Shown in pieces: positions 1-9,597 of a stretch of 64,000 nucleotides of DNA. The number at the start of each line of letters is the position of its first letter. Position 1 is the stretch's first letter. The notes beneath the pieces were generated by a model. The model was not told where the DNA came from, ran no database searches, and saw nothing but the letters and a program-made list of their open reading frames with translations. The stretch spans positions 867 through 64,866 of the forward strand of contig CAYQVD010000005.1 of NCBI GenBank assembly GCA_964421125.1, given 5' to 3'. Origin of the DNA: an uncultured Bdellovibrionales bacterium. Its GTDB lineage: Bacteria; Patescibacteriota; Minisyncoccia; Moranbacterales; DUUL01. Made by a program: the position numbers and the translations under genes.

Positions 1-76
1 TGGCGGACATCGTTGTCCTGAATGTGGGGAAAAGTCCTAAAAGAAAACAGGACAAATAGTTACAATTTAAAGAAGG

Positions 77-117
77 CACCGCAATTGCAGAATCTTGCAA
101 TTTGCGGTGTTTTTTTA
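77..117 (+). terminator. Rho-independent terminator-like hairpin (CACCGCAATTGCA..TGCAATTTGCGGTG) followed by a T7 run
   Basis: 13-bp GC-containing stem with one bulge at 77-109, then TTTTTTT at 110-117. Probably terminates a + strand gene lying upstream of the window. Confidence 0.55.
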
Positions 118-360
118 TACAAAAACCACCTTCCTCAAAAAAATAACCATTTAAATATATATTTAAATAGTTATTTCCAATCTCATTCCCAGTCTTTGAT
201 AATCAGCTCCTTCCCTCTTTTCCTGATTTCAACTTTTTGACCTTCTCGCCATCCCAATTCCCTCACCATCTCAATTGGCAAAGTAATTGAATAACTAACG
301 TCCCTTTTCCCAATTTTCCTAATATTCCTATCATCTAATTTCCTCCTCATTTTTTCTTGA

Positions 361-397
361 CCCGTTAAATTGTGGTACTCCGCACCATTTAACTAGG
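361..397. repeat. Palindromic hairpin element, copy A (CCCGTTAAAT-N16-ATTTAACTAGG)
   Basis: GTTAAAT at 364-370 is the inverted complement of ATTTAAC at 387-393. It is ~88% identical to copy B at 1524-1556 and lies 10 bp past the stop of the minus-strand peptidase gene. Confidence 0.6.
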
Positions 398-412
398 TTG
401 TTTTTAATTTAT

Positions 413-1429
413 TTATTCTGATAAATTTTTAGAAACTAAATCAATTATTGATCTTGGATTAATAATATGTAACCCGTCTTTATTAGTTGTATAACCCTTA
501 TTGATATATTCAAAAATTTCCTCATTTTTTAACGATGAGTCAATTTGTAACATCAAACAAATTATTCCTACTAAATATGGAACTGACCAACTCAATCCTC
601 CTTCGGCCCTATATTCATATTCATTATTTCCTTCGCTTGAAGCATATGTTCTGTAATCACTCGGAACTCTTAATGCTTTACTATTTTCTTCTCCAGACCA
701 AATATGGTCATCATACTCCAAAACGTCTTCCTTGCTTTGCCCTCCACAACCCGTGAAGTCGATATCTTTCATTGAACAATGAATAACTATAATGCCTTCC
801 TTTTTTGCTTGTTCCAGAGTATTCATCCAATCATCAACTCCATCTTCTTTTTTTTCTTCATTATAACCGAAAGAACAACTCACCACCCTGATTTTCTCTG
901 ATGAATTTTTATTATATTCAATAACATCCTTCAATGCCTTAGCATTATAATTAAAATAGTCAGAATTTCTCACTGAAGTTCTCGCTCGATAAAAGACTTT
1001 TGCATCAGGCGCAACACCACACTGCTTTCCGGATAATAGACTTGTGACTGCAGAGCCATGCATCTCCGGACCATGTTTTATTTCTCCAACCTCCTCATAA
1101 TCAATCAATGAATCCTCATACTCTTCATGATCCGTCAAAAGCTTTTGATCAATAATCGCCACGTTTATTCCTTTCCCCGTTATCCCTTCTGCATGAAGTT
1201 CTCTTATTCCCAATCCTGGATTCTTTCCATCTTCTAAAATCAATTCTGAGTCAAATCCAGCAGGAAGTTTTTCTTTCGGTGGCCATTTAGTCTGAGTATC
1301 AAAAGTAGTGGAGATTAAATTTTCAACGGGAATTTTTACTAAATCCAAAGCAGACATATCCAATCCTCTCAGATCTTGATACTTTTTTATTATAGTCTCG
1401 AATTTTCTTTCTTTTTCAAAATTCTCCAT
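413..1429 (-). CDS. Subtilisin-like (S8-like) serine peptidase, probably secreted/processing
   Basis: 338 aa ORF with candidate catalytic-triad contexts VAIIDQ (Asp), HGSAVTSLL (His) and GGLSWSVPYLVG (Ser). Family assignment is from motif resemblance only. Confidence 0.45.
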   Translation of the reverse strand: MENFEKERKFETIIKKYQDLRGLDMSALDLVKIPVENLISTTFDTQTKWPPKEKLPAGFDSELILEDGKNPGLGIRELHAEGITGKGINVAIIDQKLLTDHEEYEDSLIDYEEVGEIKHGPEMHGSAVTSLLSGKQCGVAPDAKVFYRARTSVRNSDYFNYNAKALKDVIEYNKNSSEKIRVVSCSFGYNEEKKEDGVDDWMNTLEQAKKEGIIVIHCSMKDIDFTGCGGQSKEDVLEYDDHIWSGEENSKALRVPSDYRTYASSEGNNEYEYRAEGGLSWSVPYLVGIICLMLQIDSSLKNEEIFEYINKGYTTNKDGLHIINPRSIIDLVSKNLSE

Positions 1430-1523
1430 ATAAAATTAATTGTATAATTAAAATAATTCGATATTTTTTAATTTTTATATAACTCTACCCCGCCCGCCTA
1501 GACCTAACGTCTAGTCGAGACTG

Positions 1524-1556
1524 GTTAAATTGTGCCATTCCGCACCCTTTAACTAG
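1524..1556. repeat. Palindromic hairpin element, copy B (GTTAAATTGTGCCATTCCGCACCCTTTAACTAG)
   Basis: Near-identical to copy A. GTTAAAT at 1524-1530 pairs with the ATTTAAC-like arm CTTTAAC at 1547-1553 (one mismatch), and there is an inner GTG/CAC, GG/CC stem. It sits between two minus-strand genes. Confidence 0.6.
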
Positions 1557-1613
1557 ATTATTTATTTTTTAATTTTTACCTAACATTCTCTTTAATAACT
1601 ATTCCTTCAAAAT

Positions 1614-2150
1614 TTAATCACATATTCCTTGAAGCATTTTTTGAGGATAATTATATTTTTGCTTAAGTTTGTTACAATCTGCAACCCCATTCCCCTCATA
1701 AACAATTTCCCACTCCCCGTTTATCCTAACTGCTAAAAACATTCCAGCATTTCCTTGTCCTCCGGGAGCAAATTCTACTCCTCCACGAGCAAAGTCCCCT
1801 TCTTCCTGACTGATTATTATTGTAACTTCGCTTAAATCTTTTTTATATTTTTCTACCATCGCTTCCGCAATTCCATCATTGGAAGATTTCACACATTCTT
1901 CTTCCCAGGCTTTCAAACATTTTTGTTTTTCTTCACACCAACTATAGCCGGCTCCAATAAGACATCCATGATCATCCTTGTCTCCACCTATTATTTTTTT
2001 ATCAATTCCTACTTCCTCAAAATTATTCTGAGTTTCAGGAACAACACTTTCTTGCACAGGAGTATTTTGCAAATCACTTTGTTGATAGAAAATATACCCT
2101 ATCGCACCAATCAGAAAAATCACTAGCGCACCAATAATAAAGTTTTTCAT
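1614..2150 (-). CDS. Hypothetical membrane-anchored/secreted Cys-containing protein
   Basis: 178 aa ORF with an N-terminal hydrophobic segment (IIGALVIFLIGAIGYIF) and several Cys in the extracytoplasmic part. It has its own sigma70-like promoter upstream. Confidence 0.5.
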   Translation of the reverse strand: MKNFIIGALVIFLIGAIGYIFYQQSDLQNTPVQESVVPETQNNFEEVGIDKKIIGGDKDDHGCLIGAGYSWCEEKQKCLKAWEEECVKSSNDGIAEAMVEKYKKDLSEVTIIISQEEGDFARGGVEFAPGGQGNAGMFLAVRINGEWEIVYEGNGVADCNKLKQKYNYPQKMLQGICD

Positions 2151-2179
2151 TTTTTTTATTTAAGTAAATTATTACTTAT

Positions 2180-2208
2180 ATTTTAACTCTATTTCCCCAA
2201 TAAATCAA
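2180..2208 (-). promoter_or_regulatory. Sigma70-like promoter TTGATT-N17-TAAAAT for the 1614-2150 gene
   Basis: On the minus strand the sequence reads TTTTGATTTATTGGGGAAATAGAGTTAAAAT. The -35-containing 16-mer TTTTGATTTATTGGGG is shared with the helicase promoter at 4968-4995. Confidence 0.5.
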
Positions 2209-2322
2209 AAATTTTAGGGAACTAGAATAAGATAAAATTTCAATAAAAAAAGCCGGTTTGTAATTAATAAACACAAACCGACTTTCCTTTTAAAAGGTTT
2301 TTAGAAATTCGATGAATTTCAA

Positions 2323-3447
2323 TTAATTTTGAATCAAGGACTCTTTTTCTCCGCGTAATTTTTGAATTTCTCTTCGCACAACACTAAGAGAAGAAGCGAC
2401 GTAATTTCTTGTAGTGCCCAGTTTCTGAGCAATTTCCTTAACGGTAAGTCGCTCCCCGCTTCCCTTAAAGCCGAAATGAAACAATGCACCTTCTTGTTTT
2501 TTTGTTCCAATGTTTGTGACGCTTTCTATTTCTGCTTGCGTCACATTAGACAGCTCAGTCTTATTTTTTGGAACAGAGACAAATTTCTTTCCATTATTGA
2601 AACCAATCAGTTTCTTTTTTATTGCTTTTTCGATTTGTCTTACCCTTTCATGAGTAATACTAAAACGATCCCCAATCTCTTTAAGCTTCATGGGTTCTTC
2701 AGCACACATCCTACTATTCAATATGTACAATTCTCTTTCAGAGAGAGTCTTTCGGAATTGACTGATCATTTTTTTCCATTTTACTTGTTGATCTTTTTCC
2801 GCAACAATTGCTTCGGTGTCAAAATCGAAAGGTATTCTGCCCCCAAAAGTTTCTGTGCCAGTTTCATATACTGGCGTGTTAAGAGAAAGATCATACTGAG
2901 AAAGACGACTGTTCATATTGATAACCTCTCTCTTTTCAACACCTAGTCGCTCAGCAATCATTTCAGCGGTTGGATCAACGCCCTCTTCTTCTAGTTTTTT
3001 CTTTTCCTTGTTTAACTGCCAAAAAAGTTTTCGCTGAGCATTGCTAGTGCCAATTTTGACTAAGCGCCAGTTTTCCATTATGAACTTTAAGATATAAGCT
3101 TTGATCCAAAATGAAGCATAATAATAAAACTTAACTCCTTTAAAGTGGTCGAATTTAATAACTGCTCGCATAAGACCCAAATTTCCTTCTTGAATCAAAT
3201 CCAGCAAGTTATCCATCCAAATTCTTTGAGAATCCAAGGCAATCTTAACCACTAAGCGCAAATTGCACTGCACCAGCTTTTTTTTAGCCTCCTCATCACC
3301 ATTCTCATTAAACCGGATGGCTAGATCTATTTGTTGAGTATGCGTTAACAGTTTATACTTCCCAATCTCAGCTAAGTATTGATTAAGAGAATCACGATGC
3401 TCTTTTTCCCCTGCTACCATTTTTTCTTCTCTTGTATTAGTAATCAC
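2323..3447 (-). CDS. RpoH-like (sigma-32 group) RNA polymerase sigma factor with an extra C-terminal HTH-like extension
   Basis: Region 2 (NLGLMRAVIKFD, YYYASFWIKAYI), an RpoH-box-like QRKLFWQLNKEKKK, and region 4 (ITHERVRQIEKAIKKKL) are present. An additional ~95 aa tail carries a second HTH-like stretch, LTVKEIAQKLGTTRNYVASSL. Confidence 0.7.
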   Translation of the reverse strand: MITNTREEKMVAGEKEHRDSLNQYLAEIGKYKLLTHTQQIDLAIRFNENGDEEAKKKLVQCNLRLVVKIALDSQRIWMDNLLDLIQEGNLGLMRAVIKFDHFKGVKFYYYASFWIKAYILKFIMENWRLVKIGTSNAQRKLFWQLNKEKKKLEEEGVDPTAEMIAERLGVEKREVINMNSRLSQYDLSLNTPVYETGTETFGGRIPFDFDTEAIVAEKDQQVKWKKMISQFRKTLSERELYILNSRMCAEEPMKLKEIGDRFSITHERVRQIEKAIKKKLIGFNNGKKFVSVPKNKTELSNVTQAEIESVTNIGTKKQEGALFHFGFKGSGERLTVKEIAQKLGTTRNYVASSLSVVRREIQKLRGEKESLIQN

Positions 3448-3558
3448 CGTTCCCCCCTTCTTAGTTGAATTTTCAATGTTCTATGTACTATTTTCTAATT
3501 AGTTTAATAGAATATTTTAACGTAAAGCCTTCCATAAGTCAAAGAATCAACACTAAAT

Positions 3559-4890
3559 TCAGTCAAGCTCCTTTTTTTCAATATTATTCTCCACAAACTC
3601 TTTTTGCTTCTTTTTCTTTTCCAACCGACCCATACTAATCACTTTTTTTGAATTAAAATCTGAAAATTTCTCTAATTCCTTATCCAAATCACAAACAGCT
3701 GGATTAACTTCCAGTGCTGTCTTATTGATGCCGAGAAGTTTTATCCCGTCTAGCGAACGTACTCGAGAAAGAGCCACATAGCCCATTCCATATTCAAATG
3801 ACTTACTCAGGTCCATTTCCACTGCATCCAAGGTCATCCCCTGACTTTTGTGCACAGTGATTGCCCAAGCCAGCCTGAGTGGAACTTGCGTCACCGATGC
3901 CAGTATTTCACCATCTTCATCAATAGACCATTTTTCTGGAACCGCTGTGATTATTTTGCCTTTAATGGTTTTCACAATCGGCAATCCCTCTTTTTCAAAA
4001 CCAACAACACTCCCAAGTGTGCCGTTCACAAAACCTTTCTCAAAATTATTTTTCACAAACATCACTACCGCTCCTTTTTTAAGCACCAGCGTTTCCGGAG
4101 CAAGACAACCTCTTTTTATTGTGTTGACTAAGTTAGCTATTCCAGTAGAAGTCATTTGGAATGTTTTTGGCTCTTCTTCTATTTTTCCCAATTCAAAATT
4201 ATTTATTTCATCCGCATTAGCATTATGAGTGAAGAGCTTGGTTGGGGTAATTTTGCTTTTAATGTTTTTATTTTCTCTGGAAAGAATAAGTCCTGATGTC
4301 TCTGTGTCACAAGTTCTGCTTCTGATGTCACTAAGAATTTTCAACATTTGACCTTCTTCTTGGCGATGCTGTTCTTCAAGATAGCAAGTCGTGGGATTCA
4401 TTTCTTGCCAAACTCTGGATTCATTCACAAAGCGAGCTTTGGTTCCATATCTTGCCACTGGTGGTAATTGAAAAAAATCTCCGCAAAGAATTACCTGCAA
4501 ACCGCCAAAAGGCAGGAACGGGTCTTTGAATCTTTTGCAGATGCTATCAACAATGTCTAGCTGATGAGCATGAAGCATCGAAACTTCATCTATTATCAAT
4601 ACTCTAGTTTTTTTAATTTTTCGACTATAGAAACCTCTCTTTTTAAGTTTAGAAAAATCCGCTTCAGTAAAAACGTCTCTGATTCCCATTCCCGACCAAC
4701 TGTGAATAGTTTGCCCGTTCATATGAGTCGAAGCAATCCCAGTGGAAGCTGTGACGGCTACTCCTATTTTTTTATTTTTAAGATATTTAATGTATTGATT
4801 TAGAAGATATGTCTTTCCGCTTCCCGCAGGACCTGTCAAAAAAACGTTATGCCCCAATTTCAAAATATCCAAAGCTGTCGATTGTTTCAT
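3559..4890 (-). CDS. Pif1-family (RecD-like SF1B) ATP-dependent DNA helicase
   Basis: Walker A LTGPAGSGKT, motif Ia VTASTGIAS, Walker B IIDEVSM, and the Pif1 signature ILCGDFFQLPPV are all present. Confidence 0.75.
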   Translation of the reverse strand: MKQSTALDILKLGHNVFLTGPAGSGKTYLLNQYIKYLKNKKIGVAVTASTGIASTHMNGQTIHSWSGMGIRDVFTEADFSKLKKRGFYSRKIKKTRVLIIDEVSMLHAHQLDIVDSICKRFKDPFLPFGGLQVILCGDFFQLPPVARYGTKARFVNESRVWQEMNPTTCYLEEQHRQEEGQMLKILSDIRSRTCDTETSGLILSRENKNIKSKITPTKLFTHNANADEINNFELGKIEEEPKTFQMTSTGIANLVNTIKRGCLAPETLVLKKGAVVMFVKNNFEKGFVNGTLGSVVGFEKEGLPIVKTIKGKIITAVPEKWSIDEDGEILASVTQVPLRLAWAITVHKSQGMTLDAVEMDLSKSFEYGMGYVALSRVRSLDGIKLLGINKTALEVNPAVCDLDKELEKFSDFNSKKVISMGRLEKKKKQKEFVENNIEKKELD

Positions 4891-4921
4891 TGTTTCCTTC
4901 CTTATTTTCTATATAAGTTTA

Positions 4922-4952
4922 CCCCGTTAAATTTCTTTCTATTTAACCAGGG
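4922..4952. repeat. Palindromic hairpin element, copy C (CCCCGTTAAAT-N8-ATTTAACCAGGG)
   Basis: Same GTTAAAT/ATTTAAC arms, at 4926-4932 and 4941-4947. It lies between the predicted promoter and the start codon of the helicase gene, i.e. in its 5' UTR. Confidence 0.55.
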
Positions 4953-4967
4953 TAATACATTACTTAC

Positions 4968-4995
4968 ATTCTACCCCCATCCCCCAATAAATCAA
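4968..4995 (-). promoter_or_regulatory. Sigma70-like promoter TTGATT-N16-TAGAAT for the Pif1 helicase gene
   Basis: On the minus strand the sequence reads TTTTGATTTATTGGGGGATGGGGGTAGAAT. It shares the 16-mer TTTTGATTTATTGGGG with the promoter at 2180-2208. Confidence 0.5.
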
Positions 4996-5113
4996 AACCC
5001 GTCATGTGTTTATAGGTATTAAAATAGTTGAATTTTTTATTTAAATAGGCTATTATGGAAAGTGCATTGAGGTGCAACCTTGATGTGTTTAAAACTAACC
5101 CTAAACTAATTTA

Positions 5114-6118
5114 ATGAAACTTATTGTTAATATCCCTGCATTTAACGAAGAAGAAAAAATTGCAGAAACTATTGGGAGAATTAAAAAGAGCTTTCAGTCT
5201 GATTTTTATGTAAATGGACTTGGAAAAGTTTTTAATTCCAAGATTATTCAGGTAATTGATGATGGATCAAAAGACAAAACAGCTCAAGTTGCCAAAGAGG
5301 CTGGAGCTGAAATTATTGTTTCATACAAACCAAATCGAAGACTAGCTTATTCTTTTAAAATGGCAGTAGAAAGTGCTCTTGAAAACAATGTTGATTTAAT
5401 GGTCAACATTGATGCTGATGGTCAATTCGATCCAGAAGATATTCCAAAACTTCTTAAGCCAATTCTTGAAGGTGAAAAAGATATGGTGATTGCAAACAGG
5501 TTTGGTAACAAAAAAGCTCAAGATATTCCTTGGATAAAAAGCTTCTTAAATCAATTCGCTGCCAAGATTATTAGTTTTTTCTTGAATTACAAAATTGAAG
5601 ACCTGACTTGCGGTTTTAGAGCTCACAACAAAGAAACTCTCCTTCGATTAAATCTAACAAATGTTCATTTCACTTATACCCAAGAAACTATCATTGATGC
5701 GATTGGTAAAAACTTGAAACTTGTTTGGATTCCAGTTCATGTTACCTATTTTACTAATCGAAAATCAAGAATTGTGAGTTCAATTTGGAAATTTATTAAT
5801 AATTCATCAAAAATTATTATAAAAGCAGTAAGGGATGTTCGACCACTCAAGTTTTTTGGTTGGCCCGCTCTTTTCTTTATTACTCTTTCTATTTTAGGTT
5901 TTGTTGTTTTCTTTTATAACTATTTCCAAGAATTCAAAATCACCCCATACATTAATTATATTATTTTCGCTTCTATTTCCCTACTCCTGGGAATTCAATT
6001 ACTCGTTTTCTCTTTCATTGCTGATATGATCAAAGCCAATCGACAACTCACTGAAGAATCAATGTACCAACAAAAGAAGGAACGCTACCGTAAAAATAAT
6101 TTTCCTATCAATCAATAA
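5114..6118 (+). CDS. GT2 glycosyltransferase (DPM1-like polyprenol-phosphate sugar transferase) with C-terminal TM helices
   Basis: The N-terminal GT-A signature NIPAFNEE...IDDGSKDKT...DADGQ(DxD) is present. The ORF track translation predicts two C-terminal hydrophobic helices. Confidence 0.7.
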   Translation: MKLIVNIPAFNEEEKIAETIGRIKKSFQSDFYVNGLGKVFNSKIIQVIDDGSKDKTAQVAKEAGAEIIVSYKPNRRLAYSFKMAVESALENNVDLMVNIDADGQFDPEDIPKLLKPILEGEKDMVIANRFGNKKAQDIPWIKSFLNQFAAKIISFFLNYKIEDLTCGFRAHNKETLLRLNLTNVHFTYTQETIIDAIGKNLKLVWIPVHVTYFTNRKSRIVSSIWKFINNSSKIIIKAVRDVRPLKFFGWPALFFITLSILGFVVFFYNYFQEFKITPYINYIIFASISLLLGIQLLVFSFIADMIKANRQLTEESMYQQKKERYRKNNFPINQ

Positions 6119-7227
6119 TGAAAATATTATTTATTTCACATTCTTATCCACCAATTAAAGGGGGAGTAGAAAATCAGAACTATAATCTTGCTAGTAAGTT
6201 GCAAGAAAAAACTGAAACTAAAATTATTGCTAACGGAAGAGGAAAGAAATTCCTTCCCATCTTCCTTCCTTGGACCTTACTAAAGGCTTTTTTCTTAATG
6301 ACAAAATATGATGCCTGTCTTCTTGGCAATGGAGTCTTGGCACCAATTGGAGTAATTCTCAGATTTTTTCATCCAAAAAAGAAATTCTTTTGCATTGTTC
6401 ACGGACTCGACATAACATTTGCCAATCGAGAAGAGCTCCTTTCAAAGATATATCGAAATATCAATGTTCCTTCAATGAAAAAATTTCACAAACTCTTTAT
6501 GGTTGGAAACGCCACAATCGAAGAAGCTGTTTCTGCAGGAATTGATCGAAAGCTTTGTCAATTCATTCCAAATGGTGTAAACGAAGAAGATTTCAAGGAA
6601 AGCCATACCCGAAAAGAACTTTCTCAAATTTATGGAAAAAATATAGATGACAAAAAAGTTATCCTCCGCCTCGGAAGATTCGTTCCTCATAAAGGAGCAA
6701 GTTGGTTTATTGAAAATATCATGCCAAAACTTCCTGAGAATGTCGTAATGATTATAGCTGGTGGTCGAGTTAATCGAAAAACTGCTGGGGACCAAGACGC
6801 CTTTATTGACTGTGAACAAGCGATTATCAAAAACCATCTTGAAGATCGAGTCAGATTAATACCCTCCATTCCGCAAGATCAATTAAAGATTATTCTTAAT
6901 ACGGTTGATATTGTTGTTTCACCAAATATCAAGATTCCTGGATCAATGGAAGGATTTGGAATCAACGTAATTGAAGCTGGAATATGCAATAGAGTGGTTC
7001 TGGCCTCAGACATGGAAGGATTGGCAGACGCAATTAAAAATGGGAAAAACGGAATTCTAATTGAATCAGAAAATGAAGAACAATGGATCAAAAAAATTAA
7101 TGGCATTATCGACGCAGGTGATGAATTCATAGAGAACTTTGGAAAAAGAGCTGGAGAATATGTAAAAGAAAACTATAGCTGGGATAAAATTTCCAAAGAA
7201 TATATTAACGAAATGAAAAAGTTTTAA
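6118..7227 (+). CDS. GT4-family glycosyltransferase (GT-B, retaining)
   Basis: C-terminal EGFGINVIEAGICNRVVLASDMEGLADAI matches the GT4 E-x7-E region. The start codon overlaps the stop of the upstream GT2 (ATGA). Confidence 0.7.
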   Translation: MKILFISHSYPPIKGGVENQNYNLASKLQEKTETKIIANGRGKKFLPIFLPWTLLKAFFLMTKYDACLLGNGVLAPIGVILRFFHPKKKFFCIVHGLDITFANREELLSKIYRNINVPSMKKFHKLFMVGNATIEEAVSAGIDRKLCQFIPNGVNEEDFKESHTRKELSQIYGKNIDDKKVILRLGRFVPHKGASWFIENIMPKLPENVVMIIAGGRVNRKTAGDQDAFIDCEQAIIKNHLEDRVRLIPSIPQDQLKIILNTVDIVVSPNIKIPGSMEGFGINVIEAGICNRVVLASDMEGLADAIKNGKNGILIESENEEQWIKKINGIIDAGDEFIENFGKRAGEYVKENYSWDKISKEYINEMKKF

Positions 7228-7239
7228 ATAAAATTAAAA

Positions 7240-9186
7240 ATGATTGAATTGATATTGTTAAATTTATCTATTATTTTCATCCTGTTTTTACCAGGATATT
7301 TTTTGATTAAGGCGCTTAGAAACAAAAATGATGACTTACTAGGAATTGAAACACTCACCCTGTCCCTTGCTATTAGCATTGCACTGATTGATTTTATTTT
7401 CATCTTTATCAACAAACTTCAGATACCAATCAATTTATTTACCGTAATTCTGTTTCCCGGAATACTTATTATTGGACTAGCTGTTATTTATTTTATCAAA
7501 AAAAGTCCACTAGAAGAAAAAATTAATACCGACAAAAAAGATTATAAATTTATTAAAATATTTTTAATATTAATCCTATTTGCAGTTGTCATCAAAGGAG
7601 GATTTTTGCTTTCAAAAACAGTTCCAAGCTCGACTGACCTTGGACACCACATGTATTGGGCAAAATATATTCAAACATTTAATCATCTCCCTGATTACGG
7701 AATGCCCGACTTCATTATTGGAGAACACATCATCTTTGGAGTCATTGCAATTGCTTCTGGAGTGACACTCGTCAGTACCATGCCAATGATAATTCTTTTT
7801 CTAATAAACTTCTGCTCACTTTTTGCTCTAACACTATTAGGCTATGAAGTGGCTATCAATTTTACAAACAAAAAAAATGCTAAAATTATCGCGCTATTAG
7901 TCTTTATTACCATTGGAATTCTTTATGCAATCGCTTCCCCACAAACAAAATATGTTTCTGGTGGAGTCATTGGAAATCTAATTGGAAATCTTTTTATTCC
8001 ACTTTTGATTTTTTCATTTTTAAAAGCATTAAGAACCAAACAAAAAGTTTATTCGATCATTTTTGCAATTCTTCTTTTTGGTCTTATTTTCACCCATCAT
8101 CTCTCCAGTTTTGTTTTTCTTTTTATTTCATTGGGTTTTATTATTCTAACCTTAATTGTTTTAACTGCGAAGACCCTCCTTAACAAAAACAAACTCGAAA
8201 CATTAAAAAAATACTATTCTGAATTAAAAGTTTTTTTGAATATTAAATATATTATCGGTGTAATCTTTTTGGGAATTATTCTTTTAATTTCAAGAATTCC
8301 ATCTTATCTTAATCCTTCCGCCGTGGACACTGCAGTAGGAGTTCCATCCAAAGCTACTCGAACAGGACTTAGCTTGATGTCCATTCTTGAGACAGCTGGT
8401 CCTTGGAGATTTTTCTATGCAGCAATCGGAGTAATTTTTTTTACTATAATCATCTGGGGACTTTTCATTAATTCTAAAAAAATTGCAGAAAGATTAGAGT
8501 TAACCGAGAAATTTAATTTAAAAACTACTGTAGTAATATTATTCCCTATTGTCTGGCTTGGAATGCTTTTTATCATGAGCTACAAACCAGGGCTCTTGAA
8601 GATTGACATTCCATCAAACAGAATTGGAAGTTACATTTCATATCCAGCAGCACTTCTTAGTGGATTCGGTATTTTTTATTTATTGAAATTAATCACTGGA
8701 GCATCAGCCGGATTTAAAAAACTTTTTCCGATTGTCTTCATAATCGTTCTTGGGACAGGAATTATTTCTGGACTTAGTGATATTTCAAATTTCTACGAAG
8801 AAAATTCCGAGAATAAAACCATTAGCCAAGTTTTTGCAGGCTCTGAGTTTCTAGCAGAAAAAACCGAAGACTCCGATATCATCATCAAGGACCATATCTA
8901 CATGCCAGCTGACACTTGGATGAAATTATTCCTCATGAGAGAATACAAAAATCCGCTTTCAAGGTCTTTCTTGAAGCGTTACAATGACCCAACGAAAAAC
9001 AGAGAAACTTGCACTCGAGACATGATTGCTATTCCAGACTCACCAGTCGGACAAAGCTGTTTTAAAGAATATGAAACTAATTATGTTTTCCTTAAGAAAG
9101 GATACGACAATCAACAATTTGAAAACTCTTCGAATTTTTCTAAAATTTTCTCAAGTGAAGATGTCGTAATATTTCAAAGAAATTAA
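7240..9186 (+). CDS. Large polytopic membrane protein (648 aa), possibly a GT-C-type glycosyltransferase or polymerase of the glycosylation locus
   Basis: More than 12 predicted hydrophobic helices followed by a soluble C-terminal domain. It is embedded between GT genes. I recognise no specific motif. Confidence 0.45.
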   Translation: MIELILLNLSIIFILFLPGYFLIKALRNKNDDLLGIETLTLSLAISIALIDFIFIFINKLQIPINLFTVILFPGILIIGLAVIYFIKKSPLEEKINTDKKDYKFIKIFLILILFAVVIKGGFLLSKTVPSSTDLGHHMYWAKYIQTFNHLPDYGMPDFIIGEHIIFGVIAIASGVTLVSTMPMIILFLINFCSLFALTLLGYEVAINFTNKKNAKIIALLVFITIGILYAIASPQTKYVSGGVIGNLIGNLFIPLLIFSFLKALRTKQKVYSIIFAILLFGLIFTHHLSSFVFLFISLGFIILTLIVLTAKTLLNKNKLETLKKYYSELKVFLNIKYIIGVIFLGIILLISRIPSYLNPSAVDTAVGVPSKATRTGLSLMSILETAGPWRFFYAAIGVIFFTIIIWGLFINSKKIAERLELTEKFNLKTTVVILFPIVWLGMLFIMSYKPGLLKIDIPSNRIGSYISYPAALLSGFGIFYLLKLITGASAGFKKLFPIVFIIVLGTGIISGLSDISNFYEENSENKTISQVFAGSEFLAEKTEDSDIIIKDHIYMPADTWMKLFLMREYKNPLSRSFLKRYNDPTKNRETCTRDMIAIPDSPVGQSCFKEYETNYVFLKKGYDNQQFENSSNFSKIFSSEDVVIFQRN

Positions 9187-9192
9187 AATATC

Positions 9193-9597
9193 ATGAAAAA
9201 ATATATTCCTGTTATAGTTTTAGTCCTCCTTCTACTAACTTCCTCCCTTTTGTTTTGGAAAGGAGAAGATTCTCTTAGAAAATCTTCCCAAAACTATACT
9301 CTTTTCTATTTTGAAAATACTCAATCGACAACCAATAATATCAAGGAAAACCTTTCCTTTTTAATTGAGAATAACAAACTAGAAACTATTAATTACAAGC
9401 TAACTCACCTCATCAACAATCAAGAAGTTTTCACAGAGACAATTGAAGTCAAAGGAAATACAATCAAGAAAATTGCACCATCTGATAAATTATTTTCTGA
9501 AATTAAAAAAATTGAAGGAGATTCTTTTATGTACCAAATAAAAACTAATAGAAACAGTAATAATTTCAAGTTAACTAAAAAAATATCTATTGAATAA
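9193..9597 (+). CDS. Small hypothetical protein with an N-terminal signal/anchor
   Basis: 134 aa, with N-terminal IPVIVLVLLLLTSSLLFW. It is translationally coupled to the next gene (ATAATGA overlap). Confidence 0.4.
   Translation: MKKYIPVIVLVLLLLTSSLLFWKGEDSLRKSSQNYTLFYFENTQSTTNNIKENLSFLIENNKLETINYKLTHLINNQEVFTETIEVKGNTIKKIAPSDKLFSEIKKIEGDSFMYQIKTNRNSNNFKLTKKISIE

Noticed and set aside
22-240. 72-aa ORF at the window start
   Set aside because: It overlaps a terminator hairpin and low-complexity sequence and has no recognisable features. It is more likely a non-coding intergenic region.
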